Of a stretch of DNA of 64,000 nt, positions 27,138-32,978 are shown in pieces. Positions within the stretch are counted from its first letter, which is position 1; each line of letters begins with the position of its first letter. The notes beneath the pieces were generated by a model that was given only the letters and a program-made list of their open reading frames with translations, searched no databases and was not told the DNA's origin. The position numbers and the translations under genes were made by a program. Source of the stretch: Bacteroidaceae bacterium (GTDB taxonomy: Bacteria > Bacteroidota > Bacteroidia > Bacteroidales > Bacteroidaceae); the NCBI GenBank assembly GCA_016286165.1, contig JAEESE010000006.1:78633-142632 (forward strand), given 5' to 3'.

Positions 27138-27443
27138 ATGGAAAAGATTCTGGACGATAAGGAGTATGATAGTTATCAAATGAGAAAGGGATGCTTTCAG
27201 TTCCTGTTAGCTGCTGCTCTTATAGGCTTGGCGGTTTATGGTAGCACCATGCAAGAGCCTGAAGACTCCTCAGATGCACAGACGGAGACGCCCACAATAG
27301 AGACTGAAGAAACCATTGAAATGAAAGAGGAGGAAGCGTCATCCGAGGAAGAGGACTTAGAAGATGTAAAAACAGAAACCGAAGACACCTCTTCTGTCAT
27401 TGACGAAGATGAATTGGTACAGCGGTTCAAGGAGAATCAGTAA
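27138..27443 (+). CDS. Small membrane-anchored protein with an extremely acidic tail
   Basis: 101 aa with one TM helix (CFQFLLAAALIGLAVYG). The 62-residue tail is about 40% D/E (EPEDSSDAQTETPTIETEETIEMKEEEASSEEEDLEDVKTETED...). Confidence 0.6.
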   Translation: MEKILDDKEYDSYQMRKGCFQFLLAAALIGLAVYGSTMQEPEDSSDAQTETPTIETEETIEMKEEEASSEEEDLEDVKTETEDTSSVIDEDELVQRFKENQ

Positions 27444-27507
27444 GAATAAAAGAATAGATTTATAAACACTTAGCAGTTCGTCCGACACGTAGATAGGGCT
27501 ATGTCAC

Positions 27508-27921
27508 ATGAAAATAACTGAGAAATACGTAAACGAGTCGCATCTTGAAGAGGTTTATCAACTCTTGCATAAAGGTGAAAAGTTGATTGATCTTGACTTG
27601 GAAAACGTGAAGAGTGTGCTTGTAGGAAAAGAGGGCATTCTTTACGAGGCCTATAAAGACGGCGGTGCAGAGAATGGCGCCTTTATGGAAGAATTCTTTG
27701 ATACGGTGAAAAAGATGGAAATGGTTCAAAACTGCACAGGAATACTATTCAACATAACCATGCCGGATGATGATCAATTGATGATGGAGGATATGGACAT
27801 TATCAATTGCTTCCTCAAATTATTTGAAGAAAAGAATATGATGATTCGTTGGGGGTTAAGGGTTGATGAGCAGGGAAGCCAGACATCTATATTAATGATC
27901 TGCACTAAAGATAAACAGTAA
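27508..27921 (+). CDS. Stand-alone FtsZ C-terminal-domain-like protein
   Basis: 137 aa. By eye it aligns along its length with E. coli FtsZ residues about 205-316. The matched pairs are LIDLDLENVKSVL vs LINVDFADVRTVM, CTGILFNITMPDDDQLMMEDMD vs ARGVLVNITAGFDLRLDEFE, and TSILMICTK vs LRVTVVATG. There is no N-terminal GTP-binding domain. Confidence 0.6.
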   Translation: MKITEKYVNESHLEEVYQLLHKGEKLIDLDLENVKSVLVGKEGILYEAYKDGGAENGAFMEEFFDTVKKMEMVQNCTGILFNITMPDDDQLMMEDMDIINCFLKLFEEKNMMIRWGLRVDEQGSQTSILMICTKDKQ

Positions 27922-27982
27922 AAGTGCGGAGCCAGTATTGGGCCTTCTTACACCCAAATTCCACAAATTACATATCCTTTCT

Positions 27983-28022
27983 GCGGTGTTTTTGCACATC
28001 AAACAGCAAAAACGCCGTTTTT
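27983..28022 (+). terminator. Intrinsic terminator (second copy of the duplicated cassette)
   Basis: gcggtgtttttgc-acatcaaaca-gcaaaaacgccg followed by ttttt. The wobble pair is U-G here, versus G-U at the same stem position in copy 1. Confidence 0.8.
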
Positions 28023-28083
28023 GTATCTATTCTTTCGTATATATATAATAGAGGGCTATTCCTCTTAACGAGTAAAAGTAGTA

Positions 28084-28434
28084 ATGATGCAAGAACAGAA
28101 GACACTAACCGTGACAGACATCTTGGGCAACGCAGTCAACACACCGTTGCTCAGTAATGAGGAAGAAATCCGTATGTCAAAGAAGGTAAGAGAGGGTGAT
28201 GAGGCGGCTATCAAGGAGTTCAAACAATGCAATGCGCGCTTCGTGGCGGCAGTCGCCAAGCAGTACACCGACCGAGGCATGACCATCGACGAGCTGATGG
28301 AGGCGGGCTACGACGGACTCATAGAAGCAGCATGTAAGTACGACGAGAAAGACGGATTCAAGTTTATCAGCTATGCCGTTTGGTGGATTCGACAAAACAT
28401 TCTACAAGTCCTATTTGCACCAGCTTCGAACTAA
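28084..28434 (+). CDS. Sigma-70 family protein truncated to regions 1.2-2.4 (sigma-2 domain only)
   Basis: TPLLSNEEEIRMSKKVREGDEAAIKEFKQCNARFVAAVAKQYTDRGMTIDELMEAGYDGLIEAACKYDEKDGFKFISYAVWWIRQNI aligns colinearly with primary-sigma regions 1.2-2.4. The ORF stops 10 codons after WWIRQ. There are no regions 3 or 4. Confidence 0.75.
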   Translation: MMQEQKTLTVTDILGNAVNTPLLSNEEEIRMSKKVREGDEAAIKEFKQCNARFVAAVAKQYTDRGMTIDELMEAGYDGLIEAACKYDEKDGFKFISYAVWWIRQNILQVLFAPASN

Positions 28435-28474
28435 AAAGAATCAAATAGATAACCAATCTCAATACTTACATCTT

Positions 28475-28936
28475 ATGATTACAACAAGACTTACAACCAA
28501 GAAATCCGAATTCCGTGAGATGCTCAGCAAGCTCAACGCCCAGCAAAAGCGTCTCTTCAGTCCCGATGAGGTGGATTACCTCTCGAACTGCAATAGCTTT
28601 GAGTATCTGGAGTTCAAGCAGGAAGATGAGGATGACGATGAATTCCTCAAGCAGTTTTCCACCTGGCTGCACGAGTGCCCCAAGCATCAGGGGCACGTGG
28701 ATTACTATGTCCTGTTCTATCTCTGTATGGGCGAGACGCTGACCCGAGATCAGTTCGAGTACATGGAGCGGAACGTCGCCGAATGCTTCGACACTAGCCA
28801 CGGCTGGATCTACGAGATCAACAACCGTATTCGCTTCAAGATGCGTGTCCGTCTGATATGCAGTTACAAGAACAAGATGCGTCGTCTGACAAGAAAGGAT
28901 TGGAGAGAAGGAACTGAGATTGACGAAAACAAATGA
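28475..28936 (+). CDS. Hypothetical protein with a weak sigma region-4-like HTH (possible second half of a split sigma factor)
   Basis: The ATG at 28475 was chosen because the longer 28373 start overlaps the sigma-2 ORF. YYVLFYLCMGETLTRDQ...VAECFDTSHGWIYEINNRIRFKMR loosely resembles region 4.1-4.2 (xxVLxLRFG...xxEVGxxFGVTRERIRQIExKALRKLR). It also has an acidic stretch, QEDEDDDEF. Confidence 0.4.
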   Translation: MITTRLTTKKSEFREMLSKLNAQQKRLFSPDEVDYLSNCNSFEYLEFKQEDEDDDEFLKQFSTWLHECPKHQGHVDYYVLFYLCMGETLTRDQFEYMERNVAECFDTSHGWIYEINNRIRFKMRVRLICSYKNKMRRLTRKDWREGTEIDENK

Positions 28937-28955
28937 TTGGATTAACCGTAACGTC

Positions 28956-29849
28956 ATGAAAGAGACCACAACGAAGATATTGAAGAGACTTGTCGCCGAA
29001 GGCATGAAAATGCGCTATGGCGACAACCCTGACAGAAAAGTGAAACTGAGAATACTATGGGAGCTGAAGCATATCATAGATGCCGGCTTCGAGGGCCACT
29101 ATATCATGGTCTTTAGGTTATTCAGGCATTATGCTGAGACCGTAAAGATGGGCTATAGGGGGCGCGGCGCGATGTGTTCCTCTATTGTTTGCTACTGCTT
29201 GGGCCTCACAGAGGTTGATCCTCTGCGCTTTGGCCTTCACTCGGCTCGTTTCGTAAACGATGAGCCGCCCAAGTTTCAATTTGACTTCGAGGCATCACAC
29301 TACGATGAGTTCATGCAAGGGGCACAGCATCTGCTTGTAGCTAATGCAAAGGACTACGACATGGAGGTCGTGCGCTTGTCTCTGGATGTCACACCGATGG
29401 CATATCTGAGCAGGAAACGTGAAGCGCCAGAGCCTGAGGACCTCGATGATGAGATAGCGCGTGATGCCCTTATTCGACCTGACACGATGGACTTGTATGA
29501 TGCTTACATGCGTCGCAAAAGTGACGGGCTCTGGACGAGACATGGTGGACGTCTCGATGAGATACTGGCTCCTACCTGCGGATTTTTGGTATATCAAGAG
29601 CAAATGCTGGACATCCTTCGCCAGTTCTTTCACGTGAGCGGAATCAAGGCCAACCAAATCCGCCTGAGCATTCAACGAGGAGACACAGAGCAAGTTGAAA
29701 CTTACAAGCAGGAACTCTTTGCTCACCTCGAAGACCTCACAGAGAAAAAGGCCGAATGGCTCTGGCAACTCCTCACCAGCAATCCTCATGCCTTCCTGAA
29801 AGCTCATGCGGTTAGTCGTGTGCTGGCAAAGTGTCATTTTGAATATTAA
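28956..29849 (+). CDS. Miniature DnaE (Pol III alpha)-like protein lacking the catalytic aspartates
   Basis: Segment 1, ELKHIIDAGFEGHYIMVF...GYRGRGAMCSSIVCYCLGLTEVDPLRFGLHSARFVNDEPPKFQFDF, aligns with DnaE ELQVINQMGFPGYFLIV...[48 protein letters not shown]. Segment 2, ALIRPDT...YMRRKSDG...LAPTCGFLVYQEQMLDILRQ...ANQIRLSIQRGD...FLKAHAVSRV, aligns with the fingers region (ALFRPGP...FIDRKHG...LEPTYGIILYQEQVMQIAQ...ADMLRRAMGKKK...FNKSHSAAYA). The ATG at 28956 is preferred over the TTG at 28920. Confidence 0.65.
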   Translation: MKETTTKILKRLVAEGMKMRYGDNPDRKVKLRILWELKHIIDAGFEGHYIMVFRLFRHYAETVKMGYRGRGAMCSSIVCYCLGLTEVDPLRFGLHSARFVNDEPPKFQFDFEASHYDEFMQGAQHLLVANAKDYDMEVVRLSLDVTPMAYLSRKREAPEPEDLDDEIARDALIRPDTMDLYDAYMRRKSDGLWTRHGGRLDEILAPTCGFLVYQEQMLDILRQFFHVSGIKANQIRLSIQRGDTEQVETYKQELFAHLEDLTEKKAEWLWQLLTSNPHAFLKAHAVSRVLAKCHFEY

Positions 29850-29884
29850 TCGACAAAATAATAGTGAGAATAACAGAAAAAGTG

Positions 29885-29892
29885 TATTTTTG
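29885..29892 (+). promoter_or_regulatory. -7 box TATTTTTG for the PD-(D/E)xK / MBL operon
   Basis: Exact TAnnTTTG match 21 nt upstream of the ATG at 29913. Confidence 0.5.
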
Positions 29893-29912
29893 CAGAGTAA
29901 TAAATCGTTAAA

Positions 29913-30806
29913 ATGAATTTTATGGATAAAAAGTATTTCAAATTAAACAAGGATGCAGCATTATTTGAGTTTTTGTCTCATAAGCCTATGTGGTGGAAAT
30001 TGCTTTTAGAGGACAAGGACTTATATGTGAATATTAGAAAAGAAAACAGGATAAATGTTTATTATCGTGGAGCTTCTATAATGAGCCTTAGTTATAATGA
30101 TGGCAAGGTAACAGCTGAAATTCATAACTATTACTTGGGATTTGAGAAGGATACATGTGCTGCTTTAGGAATCAAATACGGCAATCAAAAGAAAGCCCCC
30201 GAAGAAATCGTTTGCAGACTTCCGATGATAAAGAAACGAGTAGAGGCGAACAAGAAGTACATCGCTTGTTTAGAGGAGGAAGGAATGGTAGGGAACATCT
30301 ATTCAAGTGAAAAGTATGTTCAATCACAACTCTATATGAATGATAACCATTACTTCGATACTGAATTTGCACTCAGGTTGGATGATGGCACAGATATCAG
30401 AATAGATTTGGTAAGAATGTCTGATCATGGCGAAATCTGCTTCGTGGAACTGAAATTGATTGATGACCAGCGACTTTATCCATCAAGTGGAAGAGATGCT
30501 GAGATCATTACCCAGATGGAAAATTATGAAAGATTCCTTTTAGAAGCTAATAAGTTGAAAGGAAAAACTGGTAAACCAATTCTTATCGAATATTATACAA
30601 CAGTCTTGGAAATTATGGAGAAGATAGGTATTCACCGTACATCCATTAAACCTGTAATGGTACATGACAAAGTCTTTCTCTTTATAAAACAAACCTACAC
30701 AAAGAAATCTTCAGGAAGAGAAAAACGCCTGAACACAATTAAAAAAGTATGTGATGGTTTATACTCCAATATTGATGATGTTTTAACGGATTATAATAGC
30801 CTATGA
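29913..30806 (+). CDS. PD-(D/E)xK nuclease-fold protein
   Basis: 297 aa. The candidate core is SEKYVQSQL ... IRIDLVRMSDHGEICFVELKLID (E / D / ExK spacing typical of restriction-endonuclease-like folds). Its stop overlaps the next start (ATGA at 30803-30806). Confidence 0.5.
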   Translation: MNFMDKKYFKLNKDAALFEFLSHKPMWWKLLLEDKDLYVNIRKENRINVYYRGASIMSLSYNDGKVTAEIHNYYLGFEKDTCAALGIKYGNQKKAPEEIVCRLPMIKKRVEANKKYIACLEEEGMVGNIYSSEKYVQSQLYMNDNHYFDTEFALRLDDGTDIRIDLVRMSDHGEICFVELKLIDDQRLYPSSGRDAEIITQMENYERFLLEANKLKGKTGKPILIEYYTTVLEIMEKIGIHRTSIKPVMVHDKVFLFIKQTYTKKSSGREKRLNTIKKVCDGLYSNIDDVLTDYNSL

Positions 30807-32026
30807 CCATTACCATTCATCGCGGCCTTGACCAGATAGGCGGCTGCATAACTGAGATAAGTACAGCAACGTCCCGCATCTTTGTGGATATGGGGCAGAA
30901 TCTACCAGGCAATGGTGAGAAAACCACACCGGCGCAGGACAAGGAGATGGTGGAAGGGCTGTTCAAGAACAACCCCAAAGCACATGAAGCCGTCATCTAT
31001 ACTCATGCACATGAAGATCATATAGGACTCTTTGATTATGTGCCGAAGGGCGTTCCTCAGATGATAGGAGAAGGTGCCAAGGATGTCTTGCTGGAAAAAT
31101 ACAGGTTGCTGTGCAAGGCTGATGAGGCAGCAGGAAATGACCCTGCTACAAATCTTCGGAAACGAGCAAAGCTAAAACGTTTTAAGACGTGGCCTCGAAG
31201 CCGTGATCCCAAACCATTCAGCGTTGGCGATATACAGATTACGCCCTTCTTCAACTGCCATTCCATCTATGACTCCTATATGTTTCTGATTGAGGCCGAC
31301 AGTAAGCGCGTCTGGCATATGGGCGACTATCGTCAGCACGGCTGGATGGGTGGCAAGTTGCTGCAACTGCTGAGATGGAGGGCCACGAATATCGACACCT
31401 TAATTACGGAAGGTACAATGCTTGGGCGTGAAGAGGAATGTATCACAGAAAAAGAGGTGTCTGAAAAGATGGCCCACGTGATGCGTGCCTTTAAATATGT
31501 CTTCGTACTGACCTCTGCCACAGACATTGAGCGTCTTGCCAGCATCAATTTGGCAGCAAGGCAAGTGAACAGGCCGCTCTATGTCAGCTCAGGGCTTTTG
31601 AATGCAGCAATGAAAATCTTTACTCATCGTGAAGCGAAGACACCTGGCGACCTGTTCTTTTTCAAGCCTCGTTACTATGGTGGGTTTAAGCATTTGGAAC
31701 CAATGAGAAAACGTGGTTTTGTGATGATTACCAACGTTGGAAAGTTTGTGGACATGGATAATCTTCGCCGTGAATTGCCAGAGAGTGAAACCCTACTCAT
31801 CTATTCCTCATGGGACGGCTACTACAATGACCCAGAGCAAGTGCGCCTCAATCCGATGTATGCCATGTTTCGCGGAGCGTTTCACAACGTAGTAGATATC
31901 CATACTTCTGGCCATGCCGACCGAAAGACCATCAAGCAGGTCATCGAGACCATCCATCCCAAGGAGGTCATCTGTATTCACAAAGAAAAAGGACAGTCGT
32001 TGGAGTCATTAGGAATACATTATTGA
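30803..32026 (+). CDS. Metallo-beta-lactamase fold nuclease of the beta-CASP / RNase J-like type
   Basis: Motifs HAHEDHIG (HxHxDH), FNCHS, HMGDY, the TEGT beta-CASP motif A-like element, and C-terminal HTSGHADRKTIKQVIETIHPKEVICIHKE (motif C). Confidence 0.75.
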   Translation: MTITIHRGLDQIGGCITEISTATSRIFVDMGQNLPGNGEKTTPAQDKEMVEGLFKNNPKAHEAVIYTHAHEDHIGLFDYVPKGVPQMIGEGAKDVLLEKYRLLCKADEAAGNDPATNLRKRAKLKRFKTWPRSRDPKPFSVGDIQITPFFNCHSIYDSYMFLIEADSKRVWHMGDYRQHGWMGGKLLQLLRWRATNIDTLITEGTMLGREEECITEKEVSEKMAHVMRAFKYVFVLTSATDIERLASINLAARQVNRPLYVSSGLLNAAMKIFTHREAKTPGDLFFFKPRYYGGFKHLEPMRKRGFVMITNVGKFVDMDNLRRELPESETLLIYSSWDGYYNDPEQVRLNPMYAMFRGAFHNVVDIHTSGHADRKTIKQVIETIHPKEVICIHKEKGQSLESLGIHY

Positions 32027-32155
32027 CTAGGGAACTCGATTCATGCAATATTTGAATTAAATATTTCTTTTTTAACCTGAAGAATAGGCGCGTGCCTCAT
32101 AGGGGCAAGGTTAAACTTGGCTGCCGAAAGAAAATGTATGGGCTGAGTGCTTTCC

Positions 32156-32869
32156 CTATTTTACATAGTCTGGGTCGAAGTGGCTATGGTATTCTAAGCA
32201 CAATTGTCGGTAGTATTCTCGCGTGGTGTCGCTTGTCGTGTCAGAACGGATGATCTCATAATAGTAATGTGATAGTCCTGGCTCTAGGCCGGTCTCTGTA
32301 TGGATGACGTTGTATAGCGAATCGCCCAGCACGGGTCGGCAGACGTCCTCGGGATTTGCTGCATAGAACATGCGGTAACTCTTCACCTGTACCTCTGTCT
32401 GCAAATACTCGAATGCCATGTTAAAGAGGTCGCCCCAATAGCCACGGTTGCTGGTCTGGTGCTTGTAACTGCCGAAGATACCGCGCTCAGTGGCTGTTGA
32501 TTTCACGTCGTCGATGACAATACTTATCTTATCATATTCGCAGACAACGGTGGTGCGTGCCAGATCCTTCAGCTCGAATGGCCTGGATTTATCGGAACGG
32601 CATTTGCGCTCGGCGCTCTCACGGGTCTTGTAGTCAAGAGGCGTGGTTTTACCGTTGTGGCGTGCAGCCACCTCTTCGGCAAGTGCCTGTGTCGGTGGGC
32701 CATATATTTGAGCCCACCTAATGGCCTGATCCAGTTCGGCCTGAAATTCTTTTTCTAATTGTTGCTCCGCATCGATAGGGTCGTCTTCGCGGTCGCAGGA
32801 GACGAAGAAGAAGCTGAAGGTGAGGACGGCGATCAGCATCCACAATTGTCGTAAAGATTTCATTATCAT
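32156..32869 (-). CDS. Lipoprotein with a RelA/SpoT-like (small alarmone synthetase-type) nucleotidyltransferase domain
   Basis: The start was moved to the ATG at 32869, giving MIMKSLRQLWMLIAVLTFSFFFVSC (lipobox). Synthetase-type motifs are present in order: YKTRESAERKCR, LKDLARTTVVCE, RGYWGDLF, TEVQVKSYRMFYA. Confidence 0.6.
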   Translation of the reverse strand: MIMKSLRQLWMLIAVLTFSFFFVSCDREDDPIDAEQQLEKEFQAELDQAIRWAQIYGPPTQALAEEVAARHNGKTTPLDYKTRESAERKCRSDKSRPFELKDLARTTVVCEYDKISIVIDDVKSTATERGIFGSYKHQTSNRGYWGDLFNMAFEYLQTEVQVKSYRMFYAANPEDVCRPVLGDSLYNVIHTETGLEPGLSHYYYEIIRSDTTSDTTREYYRQLCLEYHSHFDPDYVK

Positions 32870-32942
32870 GGTAAGTTTGATGTTTCTGTTTGTAAAGGTA
32901 GTGAAAAATACGTGAAAGGCATGCCCTTTAGTGGATTTTTTA

Positions 32943-32950
32943 TATCTTTG
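32943..32950 (+). promoter_or_regulatory. -7 box TATCTTTG upstream of the oxidoreductase gene
   Basis: Exact TAnnTTTG match 29 nt upstream of the ATG at 32979. Confidence 0.55.
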
Positions 32951-32978
32951 CGCCCAGAAACGATAATATCCACAACTA

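Noticed and set aside
28373-28474. The 5' part of the 187-aa ORF that overlaps the sigma-2 ORF. This raised the idea that 28084-28936 is a single frameshifted sigma pseudogene.
   Set aside because: Reading all three frames across 28400-28480, I could not recover the region 2.4/3 sequence (RTIRIP-like) expected from a simple frameshift. I therefore annotate two ORFs, but a decayed gene is not fully excluded.
24387-32155. Integrase, transposase, tRNA or long att repeats at the island borders.
   Set aside because: None was found on either strand. Only a 9-11-nt imperfect direct repeat is present, which could be chance.
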